From Sphingomonas sp. (GTDB taxonomy: Bacteria; Pseudomonadota; Alphaproteobacteria; Sphingomonadales; Sphingomonadaceae), in NCBI GenBank assembly GCA_025935515.1, contig JAICVC010000001.1:1-63227 (forward strand): a stretch of 63,227 nucleotides of DNA. Reading direction: 5' to 3'. The translations under genes were made by a program, and so were the position numbers. This document shows, piece by piece, positions 28,574 through 38,159 of this stretch (positions within the stretch are counted from its first letter, which is position 1; each line of letters opens with the position of its first letter). A model generated the notes under the pieces. That model saw only the letters and a list, made by a program, of their open reading frames with translations, had not been told where the DNA came from and did not search any database.

Positions 28574-30075
28574 TGCGGATGGACGACAATAGCGGTCTTT
28601 CCGTGTCGAGCGATGTACCGTCGAACGACGGGCCGTCGGGTCCGGGCCCAGTGCTGGTTAGAAAGAAACCCAGGCTCCGCTTCACCTCGAACGTTGTCGG
28701 ATCGCTGTTCATCCTCACGGACGTCATTTGCTTTTTCATCAGCGCGCCAATCACCCTTGCAGCTTATTCCATCGTTCGTGGCGCGCGCCTCGCCGTCCCG
28801 GTTCACATTACCGCGTTCATCCTGATGCTTGGCAGCTTCCTGCTGATCCGCACCTCGCGCCAGGCCTATCGGCGCAGCCTGCTCGACCTGCGCGACAGCA
28901 GCGACACCACCTTCGACGCGGTCATCAGCAGCCTCATTGCCTCGGCGCTGATCTGGCAGGCGGGCCTGGTCGAAGATTATTCGCGCGGCCTGACGATTCT
29001 TTTCCTGCTGACGATCGTGCTCACGCTTTCCGTCTCGCGGCCGGTTTTGCACCGCCTGATCACAAGGCTGGCCGAGCGCGGGCAGATCGAACAGCGGATC
29101 GCGTTTTACGGGGCCGACCCGGAATCTGTCGTACTGACGCGGCAACTGCTGGAATCTCTCAAATTCCCGCATTTGCGCTTCGTCGGAATAGCCGATGACC
29201 GGGCGCGGGAGACCAAGATCAAGGACTTACCGATGCTCGGCAATCTGCCTCGACTGTGCGAGCTGGCGCGAGACGGGGAGATCGACCAGGTCCTGATCAG
29301 CGGCGCCAAATTCACGCCCAAGCGTCTCGAGCAGATCGTCGAGGGCTTGAGCGCGGTCTGCGTCGATGTTTCGCTGATTCCTCCCCAGGCCATCGAGCTC
29401 GCGCCAAACTATCGGGTCAATCTGCTCGGGACGGTGCCGGTACTGACCCTTTGGCAGCGGCCGTTTCGAGACATGGACCAGGTTGTGAAGCGGGCCGAGG
29501 ACCTGGTCTTCAGTGGAATTGCGCTGATCCTGCTGTCGCCGGTGCTGCTGGTGGCCGCACTACTGATCCGCCTGACGAGCCCGGGACCGGTGCTGTTCGT
29601 CCAGCCGCGGGTCGGCTTCAACAATGAGACGATCAAGGTGTTCAAGTTCCGCAGCATGTACACCAGCATGGCCGACATTGGCGCGCGGAATACCACGACC
29701 CGTGATGATCCCCGGGTCACTCCTGTCGGCAGGTTCCTGCGGCGCTTCAGCATCGATGAACTGCCGCAGCTGTTCAATGTCCTTCAAGGCAGCATGTCGC
29801 TGGTCGGTCCGAGGCCGCACGGCACCGAGATGATGGTCGGCGACCGCTTCTATCACGAGGCAGTCCGGGGTTACGCCGGCCGCCATCGCGTCAAGCCCGG
29901 GATTACCGGATATGCCCAGGTGAAGGGGCTTCGCGGCGAGGTTCGGACGATCGAGCGCGCCAAGCGCCGCGTCGAGCTCGACAAGCATTATGTCGACAAT
30001 TGGTCGTTCTGGCTCGACATCTGGATCCTGCTCGCAACCGTCCGGGCGGTCCTGTTCGACCGCGACGCCTATTGA
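28573..30075 (+). CDS. Priming undecaprenyl-phosphate glycosyl-1-phosphate transferase (WcaJ/SpsB family)
   Basis: KRAEDL, FKFRSM, DDPRVT.VGRFLRRFSIDELPQLFNVLQGSMSLVGPRP, KPGITG. Confidence 0.95.
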   Translation: MRMDDNSGLSVSSDVPSNDGPSGPGPVLVRKKPRLRFTSNVVGSLFILTDVICFFISAPITLAAYSIVRGARLAVPVHITAFILMLGSFLLIRTSRQAYRRSLLDLRDSSDTTFDAVISSLIASALIWQAGLVEDYSRGLTILFLLTIVLTLSVSRPVLHRLITRLAERGQIEQRIAFYGADPESVVLTRQLLESLKFPHLRFVGIADDRARETKIKDLPMLGNLPRLCELARDGEIDQVLISGAKFTPKRLEQIVEGLSAVCVDVSLIPPQAIELAPNYRVNLLGTVPVLTLWQRPFRDMDQVVKRAEDLVFSGIALILLSPVLLVAALLIRLTSPGPVLFVQPRVGFNNETIKVFKFRSMYTSMADIGARNTTTRDDPRVTPVGRFLRRFSIDELPQLFNVLQGSMSLVGPRPHGTEMMVGDRFYHEAVRGYAGRHRVKPGITGYAQVKGLRGEVRTIERAKRRVELDKHYVDNWSFWLDIWILLATVRAVLFDRDAY

Positions 30076-30087
30076 CGAGATGGGCGG

Positions 30088-31263
30088 ATGGATTTGCCAA
30101 ACTCCCTGGCCTCCCCGGTTCGCCGCAGAGAAGGCGCCGACTGCGGCGAGATGTCCGGCCGGGCACGTTCGCCAACAAAACACCCGGCGTCCTCATCTGA
30201 CCGGCCGGAAACGCCGACGCGCCATCCGCGCTGGCGCCGGCTAGCCACCCCGGCCGCGCTGCTTGCCGGCGCGGCGATGATCGGTCTGACCTTACACAAC
30301 TCTTCCGGCCGAATGGATGGTGGCCAGACGAGCATCACGCGCGAGCTCCCGCAGCCGATGAGCGGCAGCAGGGTCGTGGCCAGCTTGCCGCCGCCGAACC
30401 TGTTGCGGCCCTTAACGCCGGAGGAAGCCGCCAAGGAAAACGCCGATCGGCCGTTCGTCGAGCGCCCGGACTCGCCGGCAAGCCGCTTCGTGCTGCGTAC
30501 GGACAAGGAGGATAGCGAGCGGGCGCTGACCTGCCTTACCCAGGCGGTCTATTATGAGGCGGCCAGCGAGGGAGCCGACGGCGGGCGCGCGGTTGCCCAG
30601 GTCGTCCTCAACCGAATGCGCCACCCAGGCTATCCGGCCAGCGTCTGCGGAGTCGTCTATCAGGGCGCCGACCGCGCCACCGGTTGTCAGTTCACCTTCA
30701 CCTGCGATGGTTCGCTGCTGCGGACTCCGGTCGCGTCATTATGGTCGCGATCGCGAAAGATCGCCGAGGAGGCGCTCGCCGGGCGAGTCTTCGCGGCGGT
30801 TGGCCACGCAACCCATTATCATGCCGATTATGTGATCCCGTACTGGGCGGATTCGCTCGACAAAAGCGTCCAGATCGGCCGACATATCTTCTATCGGTTG
30901 CGCAGCTCGCTCGGCGATAGCCGCGCTTTTTTCCAGCGTTATGCAGGCACCGAGCCGCCGCTTCCTGCACCGGATGCAGCAGTGGTGATCCCGCCCGAGG
31001 CCATCACCCCGGAATTGGCGAGCGCCCTGATCAGTGACAGCGGCGCTAAGGCCGCGCAGGACGTCGAAAGGGCGTCGCCCGCACCAAGCGAGCGCCCACT
31101 CATCGATAGCGTGCGTGGAACGTTGCTCATGGATGGCGACAAGGTGCCAGCATCGATCCGCCGGCCCAAGTCCGCAGCCGATTGTCCCGCGGAGGACCGC
31201 CGGCGTTTGACGCCGCTCGGCGCGAACGAGATGCGCGCCGGGTCCAGCGTTTCGACGTGCTAA
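30088..31263 (+). CDS. Cell wall hydrolase (Hydrolase_2/SleB-like)
   Basis: CLTQAVYYEA, AVAQVVLNR, VCGVVYQG, CQFTFTCDG, ATHYHADYV.PYW, IGRHIFY; start uncertain. Confidence 0.9.
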   Translation: MDLPNSLASPVRRREGADCGEMSGRARSPTKHPASSSDRPETPTRHPRWRRLATPAALLAGAAMIGLTLHNSSGRMDGGQTSITRELPQPMSGSRVVASLPPPNLLRPLTPEEAAKENADRPFVERPDSPASRFVLRTDKEDSERALTCLTQAVYYEAASEGADGGRAVAQVVLNRMRHPGYPASVCGVVYQGADRATGCQFTFTCDGSLLRTPVASLWSRSRKIAEEALAGRVFAAVGHATHYHADYVIPYWADSLDKSVQIGRHIFYRLRSSLGDSRAFFQRYAGTEPPLPAPDAAVVIPPEAITPELASALISDSGAKAAQDVERASPAPSERPLIDSVRGTLLMDGDKVPASIRRPKSAADCPAEDRRRLTPLGANEMRAGSSVSTC

Positions 31264-31283
31264 GCATCGCCAGATTTCCACGG

Positions 31284-31365
31284 AAATAAGGGCCCGCCCG
31301 CGATTGCGTGGACGGGCCCCGTGCCGAGGACTGGGAGGTCATCACCGAATCCCCGGTCATTCGGC
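31284..31365 (-). ncRNA. Candidate small RNA
   Basis: 5' hairpin CCGAAT..ATTCGG, central CCTCCCAG, ~13-bp GC terminator stem followed by TTATTT; lies downstream of another terminator. Confidence 0.4.
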
Positions 31366-31376
31366 GCTTATGCCAA

Positions 31377-31392
31377 TTAACAGGATTTTAAC
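31377..31392. promoter_or_regulatory. CtrA-type binding box
   Basis: TTAA-CAGGATT-TTAAC, an exact match to TTAA-N7-TTAAC. Confidence 0.65.
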
Positions 31393-31430
31393 AGCGATTT
31401 TTGCGGGTTCGGCGGATGTGACCGAGCCAC

Positions 31431-31461
31431 AAAAAAAGCGGCCCGGGATTGACCGGGCCGC
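31431..31461 (-). terminator. Rho-independent terminator of PEP-CTERM gene 1
   Basis: GCGGCCCGG/CCGGGCCGC 9-bp stem followed by 7 T on the minus strand. Confidence 0.85.
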
Positions 31462-31486
31462 CAGGATTCATCGTTGATCGAGTCGT

Positions 31487-32131
31487 TCAGGCGACCTGCA
31501 TCAGCCGCCCGGTCGCCTTGCGGCTGCCGCGCATCGCCATGCCGATACCGCCGAAGCCGAGCAGCATCATTGCCCAGGTCGCCGGCTCGGGAACGGCGCC
31601 GCCGGTCGCAAAGATCTGGGCGTTCGACGAACCCTGCCCATCCGACAGCGTGATGGTGTGCGTCGTCGTGGCGCCCAGATCGAGCAGCCAGAACGCGGTC
31701 ACGTTGTTCACATCGGAGTCGACGTTGTTGCCGAAGTGCGCTCCGACCACCGTCAGGCCCGAAAGGTTCAGCGAGCCGAAGTCGAAGGTCGCGGAGCCGT
31801 TCAAACCGGTGATCGAGCCCAGAATGGTATCGTAATCGAGGGTGTACGGCGGATGGTAGTCGCCCGTGTTGTTGGTCGGCGACGAGTCGGCCGTCGATGC
31901 GGTTCCGTTGAGCAGCGAGAAAATGATGTTCTGCACATCAGTGGAGGTGGCCTGACCGGTGGTCCCGGTAATCAGGTTCGAACCATAATAGCCCTGGCAG
32001 GCGATTGCCCCGTTGACGTAGACGGCAGAACACGGGTCCACGATTGGTCCGGGGTCTGCGTACGCCGGCACTGCCGCCGTTCCCAGACCGATCGCCGCAG
32101 TGGCGAGTGCAATGTTCAAAACGCGTTTCAT
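31487..32131 (-). CDS. PEPxxWA-CTERM sorting domain protein 1
   Basis: Signal peptide; C-terminal VPEPATWAMMLLGFGGIGMAMR plus basic tail. Confidence 0.93.
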   Translation of the reverse strand: MKRVLNIALATAAIGLGTAAVPAYADPGPIVDPCSAVYVNGAIACQGYYGSNLITGTTGQATSTDVQNIIFSLLNGTASTADSSPTNNTGDYHPPYTLDYDTILGSITGLNGSATFDFGSLNLSGLTVVGAHFGNNVDSDVNNVTAFWLLDLGATTTHTITLSDGQGSSNAQIFATGGAVPEPATWAMMLLGFGGIGMAMRGSRKATGRLMQVA

Positions 32132-32348
32132 AATCTGCCCTTCCGTTGCCCCTGAGGGCCCGCGCTAAACCGCCGAGCCCGCTCAACTCACAGCCGTCTC
32201 AATTGGTTAAGCGGCCTTAAGCACCTTTGGAATAAATCGATATTTAATGGATCGCAACGATTAGCGAGTGTCGAAAACGCGTTCAGAATCCCAAATTGAA
32301 ACAGTCGGCGGGAGGCATGGCAGGCCGGCCCGGCCCATGCGTGATCCC

Positions 32349-32381
32349 AAAAAGAAGCGGCCCGGCTTTTGGCCGGGCCGC
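32349..32381 (-). terminator. Rho-independent terminator of PEP-CTERM gene 2
   Basis: GCGGCCCGGC/GCCGGGCCGC 10-bp stem followed by TTCTTTTT on the minus strand. Confidence 0.85.
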
Positions 32382-32405
32382 AGGGTTACATCGTTAGTGC
32401 TGCGA

Positions 32406-33050
32406 TCAGGCGATCTGAAGCAGCCGGCCATCCGCTTTGCGGCGGCGACGCATCGCCATGCCGATGCCGCCGAAACCGAGCAGCATCATTGCCCAGGTCG
32501 CTGGCTCGGGAACCGAGATGCCCGGCGACAGGACGAGTCGCAGCTGCTTGAACGTTTCGAAGCCGCCGCCCGTCGTGCTGAAGCTCGCGCTGGTATAGGC
32601 TTCGCCCGACGGCGCAATAATGTCGAACACATTGCTGCCCGTCGGGTTGACGACGTCGAACGTGCTCGTGGTGCCGCCGACGGCAGTGAGAGTGATCGAG
32701 ATCGTGCTGTCGCTGCCCTGCAGAAGATTGAATTCGGCCGAGGTGAACGATCCGCTGAGAAGCGTGAAGGTCAGCTGGGTGAGATCCTGGCCATCGGACC
32801 TGAAGATGGTCGCTGCACCCGAATTGGTGTCGAGCAGACCATTGGTCGATGTGAAGTTCACCGTCGGGCCCGCAGAGCCGACCGTGCCGGTGACCAGCGC
32901 GGAATTATCGAAGTCGCCAAGGTTGACGTTGGTCGTGCCGCTAACGCAGCTCGCACCGCTGGTGCACTGTTGAAGTGTAGTGGCCTGAGCCGCCGTGCTC
33001 GAAATTCCGATCGCCGCAGTGGCGAGTGCAATCATCAATACGCGTCGCAT
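32406..33050 (-). CDS. PEPxxWA-CTERM sorting domain protein 2
   Basis: Signal peptide; Ser/Thr-rich core; VPEPATWAMMLLGFGGIGMAMRRRRK. Confidence 0.93.
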   Translation of the reverse strand: MRRVLMIALATAAIGISSTAAQATTLQQCTSGASCVSGTTNVNLGDFDNSALVTGTVGSAGPTVNFTSTNGLLDTNSGAATIFRSDGQDLTQLTFTLLSGSFTSAEFNLLQGSDSTISITLTAVGGTTSTFDVVNPTGSNVFDIIAPSGEAYTSASFSTTGGGFETFKQLRLVLSPGISVPEPATWAMMLLGFGGIGMAMRRRRKADGRLLQIA

Positions 33051-33476
33051 AACTTTTTCCCTTCCGTTGCCCCTGAAGGAGGTCCGCCCTAACTAGGAGA
33101 AACCACACCTACGTACGGGTCGCTTGCTCAACGTAAACGACGCCGAAGCAGTGAGGGAATAAACGTTTTTTTAACGATTCGCAATGCGTTGCAACGCTGA
33201 TTCTTGATGGCGTGACTACCTAGACCTGCGGACTACGTAATTTTTCCTAGTAGAAACACCCACTACTGTTGGGTGCAGGCGCAATAGGCACAGCCGATCG
33301 TCCGTAAAGCTACTAAGTGCCACAGCCGCGAGGTTGGCGGATGAAAACCGGTCGTCCCGGCGTTAGCCAAACACGCTCTGTCCGAAAACGGCACAGCGCG
33401 TTCAACCAACTGTAATGGCCCGATAACTAGGCCTATTAGCAAGAAAACTACTGAGGGCTTCCCACCAAGGGGACAC

Positions 33477-33701
33477 ATGGTGAATTTTCAGAGGCAACCG
33501 GAAGATTTCGTCGCTCTGTCGGAGCGCGAGCGCGAAGTCTTGCAGTGCATTGCCAGCGGCCTCTCATCGAAGCAGTGCGCTCAGGAGCTCGGTATTGCGC
33601 CGCGCACCGTCGAACGCCACGTCGAAAATCTCCGCAACAAATTGAACGCGCGCAACAAGCCGCACCTGGTCGCCAAGGCGCTCGCCGCCGGCCACATCTG
33701 A
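33477..33701 (+). CDS. LuxR-type HTH-only transcriptional regulator
   Basis: LSEREREVLQCIASGLSSKQCAQELGIAPRTVERHVENLRNKL; AAGGGG SD. Confidence 0.9.
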   Translation: MVNFQRQPEDFVALSEREREVLQCIASGLSSKQCAQELGIAPRTVERHVENLRNKLNARNKPHLVAKALAAGHI

Positions 33702-33792
33702 GCCGCCCGTCTGGCCTCGCGCCGATAATTCCTCTTTGACAATCTAATCCTCTGCTATGGATCGCGGGGGATTCACCGATCGCGGAGCAAGA

Positions 33793-35013
33793 GTGCGCCT
33801 AGCCTATCTGTGCAACCTCTATCCCGCGGTCAGCCATTCCTTCATCCGGCGCGAAATTGAAGGCGTGGAACGCGCCGGCCACGAAGTGCACCGGTTTTCG
33901 CTTCGGCCCGCCCGGGACGACTTGAAGGATGAAGCGGATCTCCGTGAAGCCCAGCTGACACAGTCGGTCCTAAGGGAGGGGGCCCTGGCCTTGGGCTTCT
34001 CTGCCCTCAAACTGATCCTCTCCCGGCCGATCCGGTCGGGCCGAGCGCTGCGAACCGCCTATCGCCTCGGCGGGCCAGGTTTCCGCGCAAAATTCCGCCA
34101 CTTCATCTACTGGCTGGAAGCCGCGTGGCTGGTGAGGCGACTGGATCGGCTGGGCGTCGACCATCTCCACGCCCATTTCGGTACCAACTCTGCCGCCGTG
34201 GCCGCGATCGCGCGCGCGTGGGGCGGGCCGCCGTTCAGCTTCACCGTGCACGGCCCGGACGAGTTCGACGCGCCGCTCGCGCTGTCGCTCCGCGCGAAGA
34301 TCGAGGCGGCAAGCTTGGTCGTCGCGATCAGCAGCTACGGCCGAAGCCAGCTGATGCGCTGGAGCGATCCGGCGCACTGGGATCGCATCAAGCTGGTCCG
34401 CTGCGGCCTCGACCCATCGTTCATCGAGGCGCCAATACAAGCGGTGCCAAACCCATCGGCGGAATTCGTCTGCATCGCGAGGCTGTCGGCGCAAAAAGGG
34501 TTGCCGCTCCTCGTGGCAGCCTGTGAGCGCCTCCGCCAATCCGGCGAGCAATTCACGCTGACCATCATCGGCGATGGTGAGCTCCGCCAAAGCCTCGAGC
34601 AGGAAATCGCGCGCCGCGACCTGGCCGGCTGCGTTTTTCTCGCCGGAATCCGGTCGTCGTCCGAAATCCGCGAGCATCTCGGCCGGGCGAGGGCATTCGT
34701 CCTACCGAGTTTCGCCGAAGGGCTTCCGGTGGTGCTGATGGAAGCCCTGGCGATGGGACGACCGGTGATCACCACCGCCATCGCGGGAACCCCGGAACTG
34801 GTCGACGAGGCTTGCGGCTGGCTCGTTCCGGCGGGCGACGAAATCGCGCTCGCCGAGGCGATGCGGCAGGCGCTTCACGCCGCGGCCGGTGATCTTGCAG
34901 CGAAAGGGTCTGTCGGGCGCGAGCGCGTGCACAAGCTGCACGATGCCGAACGGAATGCGCGGGAGCTTATCGGGATGATCGGCGGCGCGCCGGCCCCGGC
35001 CGCGCTTCGCTAG
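33793..35013 (+). CDS. Glycosyltransferase family 4 (WcaL-like)
   Basis: YPAVSHSFIRRE, HLHAHFG, FTVHG, ARLSAQKG, PSFAEGLPVVLMEA; GTG start after GGAG; TTGACA at 33736. Confidence 0.9.
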   Translation: MRLAYLCNLYPAVSHSFIRREIEGVERAGHEVHRFSLRPARDDLKDEADLREAQLTQSVLREGALALGFSALKLILSRPIRSGRALRTAYRLGGPGFRAKFRHFIYWLEAAWLVRRLDRLGVDHLHAHFGTNSAAVAAIARAWGGPPFSFTVHGPDEFDAPLALSLRAKIEAASLVVAISSYGRSQLMRWSDPAHWDRIKLVRCGLDPSFIEAPIQAVPNPSAEFVCIARLSAQKGLPLLVAACERLRQSGEQFTLTIIGDGELRQSLEQEIARRDLAGCVFLAGIRSSSEIREHLGRARAFVLPSFAEGLPVVLMEALAMGRPVITTAIAGTPELVDEACGWLVPAGDEIALAEAMRQALHAAAGDLAAKGSVGRERVHKLHDAERNARELIGMIGGAPAPAALR

Positions 35014-37156
35014 GCGGGCCCGAAGTCCGGCCGATCGACTCGTCCACGGCATCGTGGATTCCGCGCCTGATCAATTCCGCGCGGTCACTCACGGGTTGCC
35101 AGCCCAGGGCCCCTCGAGCGGCGCTATTGTCGTAGGCTGATCGATGCGTCCGGCAACGCCAGTCGTGCAGGGTCGACCAGCGGCGGTTGGGATGCCGCAC
35201 CAGGTTCTTCGCCGTCTCCTTCACCAGGTCGGCGATCCAGAACCGCCATGGCGACCGCGACTCGGCGCGAATGCTGATCCCGGCTCGCGCTTCGACCTCG
35301 GCGACATACTCGCGCGCGCTCAGCATCGGTTCGCTCGTCAGGAGCAAAGACTTTCCGACGACGTCGGGAGCATCGGCCGCCTTGACCAGAGCATCGGCCA
35401 CGTCATCGACCAGCACGAGTGGGAGCTTGTTCTCCCCGTCCCCCCAGTATCGCGCCTCGGTTTCGCTGGCGAACTGGGCGATGCCGAGATGCGCGGGATT
35501 GGCCCCGGCGCCGACGACGATCGCCGGCCGCACAATGACCAGAGGCAGTCCGTTGTCGCGGCCCAGTTCCTGCAGCACCTTCTCGCAGGCGGCCTTCGAC
35601 CGTGCATAGAGATTGCGCAGACCGATCCGCCGATCGACCGGCGTTTCACTGGTAATAGTTTGGCGCGGGCTCGCCGAGTCATAGGAATCGATGGTGCCGG
35701 TGTAGATGAAGCGCTTGACGCCAGCCGCGATCGCCGCCTCGGCCAGGACCCGCGTCGGCTCGATGTCGCCGCGGACATAATCCTCCCATCGCCGGCCCTC
35801 GCATTTGGCCAGATGATAGACGGTTTCGATGCCGGCCGCCGCCTCTCTGGCAACCGTGGGATCGCCGTGGAAGCCCTGATGGATCTCGACGGGCATGTCC
35901 CGAAACGCGATGGCGGCCGTGCTTCGGTTCCTGCTCAACACCCGAACGCCGACGCCCTGCTCGACCAGCTTCGCGACGAGATGGCGACCGATGAAGCCGG
36001 TGCCGCCGACCACCAAGACGCGCGGACGCGAGGTCGGACTGGCGGCCGGGAGCTGGACGGCGGCGGGTCCTTCGCTCGGGCGTCCGACGCCGGCCCGATC
36101 GCAAACGTCTTCGCAAAAACGCATGGCCTCGGCACCGAACGACCAGTGCTGCCGCTGGTCGACCGGCAGGTCGGGACGCGCATAGAAGCGCTCAATGCTC
36201 CGCGACATGCTTTCCGTGAACGGCTCGCTGCCCAGCGACTTGCGCAGCGCCGCGATCAGTCGCCGCCGTCGGTCCGCGCCGCTCGTGCGGTGAACCTGCC
36301 GGCCGATGCTCGCCGCCACATGGTGAGCGTCGAAAATCGGATTGGCGGATTGCGTCCGTTCTTCCCACTGGATGTCGCGGCCGAAGTCCAGATGCGCGCT
36401 TCCGCCGCTGCCGCGAACCCGCAGGATGCGATCCGGCTGGCCGGCATTGGTCGAGATCGAGGCGGTGAAGCTCGCAGTCCCCTTCTCGCCCACCGCGGTC
36501 CATGACCGGTAGGCCCGTTGGCCATTGGGAAGATCCATCGCCTGGCTCGCGACGGCGGCGGTAATGTCGAATCCGCCCAGCAGATCCAGAATGAACGCTG
36601 CGAGGTGCGGACCCAGTTCGAAGAAGACATTGGCCGGAGCCCCCAGCATCCACGCATCGAACGGACCGGCGCGCAATTGCGGAAGCTCGAAGTTCCAGGT
36701 GCAGCTGAGGTGATCGATGCGGCCGAGCGTCCCTTGCGCGAACGCTGCCCGCAGGCGCTCATAGCCAGGGAGGAACAGGAAATTGTGATTGACCCCGAGT
36801 CGCAGATTGTTGGCATCGGCGAGCTCGCCGAGACGGCGGCAATGGGCTGACGACAAACCCATCGGCTTTTCGAGGAAGACCGACTTGCCTGACTTCAGGA
36901 GCGTTTCGGCGATCTCCACGTGAAGGAACGGCGGTACCAGCACATGGACCACGTCGCATTCCGATTGGGCGAGCTCGTCCACCGATGAAAGCGCTTGCTC
37001 GAAGCCGAATTGCCGCGCCGCGTCTTTCGCCCGCTGTGGCGAAGCGTCCGCCACCGCGTGCAGGACCGCGCCTTCAATGGCGGAGACTGCCAGCGCATGC
37101 GGCTTGAGGATGAAGCCAGCACCGACCATGCCGACCTTGAGCGGTGCCTTCGTCAT
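34967..37156 (-). CDS. Gfo/Idh/MocA oxidoreductase fused to an NAD-dependent epimerase/dehydratase
   Basis: N-terminal VGAGFI and VFLEKPM; second Rossmann motif VVGGTGFIG and YARSK (YxxxK). Confidence 0.85.
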   Translation of the reverse strand: MTKAPLKVGMVGAGFILKPHALAVSAIEGAVLHAVADASPQRAKDAARQFGFEQALSSVDELAQSECDVVHVLVPPFLHVEIAETLLKSGKSVFLEKPMGLSSAHCRRLGELADANNLRLGVNHNFLFLPGYERLRAAFAQGTLGRIDHLSCTWNFELPQLRAGPFDAWMLGAPANVFFELGPHLAAFILDLLGGFDITAAVASQAMDLPNGQRAYRSWTAVGEKGTASFTASISTNAGQPDRILRVRGSGGSAHLDFGRDIQWEERTQSANPIFDAHHVAASIGRQVHRTSGADRRRRLIAALRKSLGSEPFTESMSRSIERFYARPDLPVDQRQHWSFGAEAMRFCEDVCDRAGVGRPSEGPAAVQLPAASPTSRPRVLVVGGTGFIGRHLVAKLVEQGVGVRVLSRNRSTAAIAFRDMPVEIHQGFHGDPTVAREAAAGIETVYHLAKCEGRRWEDYVRGDIEPTRVLAEAAIAAGVKRFIYTGTIDSYDSASPRQTITSETPVDRRIGLRNLYARSKAACEKVLQELGRDNGLPLVIVRPAIVVGAGANPAHLGIAQFASETEARYWGDGENKLPLVLVDDVADALVKAADAPDVVGKSLLLTSEPMLSAREYVAEVEARAGISIRAESRSPWRFWIADLVKETAKNLVRHPNRRWSTLHDWRCRTHRSAYDNSAARGALGWQPVSDRAELIRRGIHDAVDESIGRTSGPPSEARPGPARRRSSR

Positions 37157-37160
37157 TGCC

Positions 37161-38159
37161 TCACTTATATTCGATGATCCGGAAACTGCCGCGCAGCCAA
37201 TTCAGGCAAAAGGTCAAGACTCCGAGGAAATTCGCGAACTTGCTGTACAGCATGAATCGTGTGGCGATGGCAGCGTCCGTCGGCGATGCGCCCAACCCGC
37301 GGTAATAACGATACACCCGCCACGCCAGCAGGCCGTAGCCTCCGAACAAGAGCAGCGACCAGCCGCGGGTGGGCCATAGCAGCACCAGCACCGCGGCAGG
37401 CAGCGCGAAGCCCCACAGGATCGCGCTGATCAGCTCGCGGCGGCAATCGCGCAAGCGCGTCCGGCCGTTGAGCGCGAACCGTTGCGCGAATGAATGGCCG
37501 GCGCGGACCGATCTTTTCCACCATTCGCCAAAGCGCATCATCCGGGCGTCGTGAGTCGCCATCGGGCGGTCGATTTTGAACACGGTCTTGCCGGCTAGCG
37601 CGAGGCGAACCCCGAGTTCGGAATCCTCGCCGGCAATGACTTGTTCGTTGAATCCGCCGACAGCGCGAATTGCGGAGATCCGGGCGGCCATGATCCCGCC
37701 CAGCGCGGCGAAATTTTCGATCTTTCCGGCGGGCGAGCGCCATTCGATCGCACACAGCCGGTTGTAAACCGACGCGTCCGGAGCGCGTTCCGTCAAATGG
37801 CCGGTGACGATCGCGCAATCCGGATGCTGCTCAAATGTGGCGGCAGCGGCGGCGGGAAAGCCGGCGTCTAGCTCACAGTCGCCGTCGAGGAACAGGACAA
37901 ACGGGAGGCCCGGCGAGCGTCGTGCCGCTTCCTCCAGGCCCTCGTTGCGCGCGCGCGCGGCCGAGAATGGACGCGCTGGGTCGAGTTCGAGCGTGGCAAT
38001 GCCGGCGTTACGCGCCAGTCCGGAACTGCCGTCGCTCGAGCCGGAGTCGACGTAGACCAGCGGGAGCCCGGCAGCGCGCACCGATTCGAAGCTGGCGGAG
38101 AGCTGCTTGCCCTCATTCCGCCCGATGACGACGGCGACCATCTCGCCACCCTTGCTCAC
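37161..38159 (-). CDS. Glycosyltransferase family 2
   Basis: VVIGRNEG, VDSGSSD, AARARNEG, LDGD, AGEDSEL; GTGA overlap with the upstream gene. Confidence 0.88.
   Translation of the reverse strand: MSKGGEMVAVVIGRNEGKQLSASFESVRAAGLPLVYVDSGSSDGSSGLARNAGIATLELDPARPFSAARARNEGLEEAARRSPGLPFVLFLDGDCELDAGFPAAAAATFEQHPDCAIVTGHLTERAPDASVYNRLCAIEWRSPAGKIENFAALGGIMAARISAIRAVGGFNEQVIAGEDSELGVRLALAGKTVFKIDRPMATHDARMMRFGEWWKRSVRAGHSFAQRFALNGRTRLRDCRRELISAILWGFALPAAVLVLLWPTRGWSLLLFGGYGLLAWRVYRYYRGLGASPTDAAIATRFMLYSKFANFLGVLTFCLNWLRGSFRIIEYK

Noticed and set aside
32207-32220. CtrA box upstream of PEP-CTERM gene 1
   Set aside because: TTAA-N6-TTAA has the wrong spacing; at most a half site.
33309-33325. Sigma-54 promoter for the PEP-CTERM gene (TGGCAC on the minus strand)
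   Set aside because: GG-to-GC spacing is 9 nt rather than the required 10, and TTGC is absent.
33263-33478. 71-aa Cys-containing minus-strand ORF
   Set aside because: No SD, atypical composition, and it lies across the LuxR gene promoter region.
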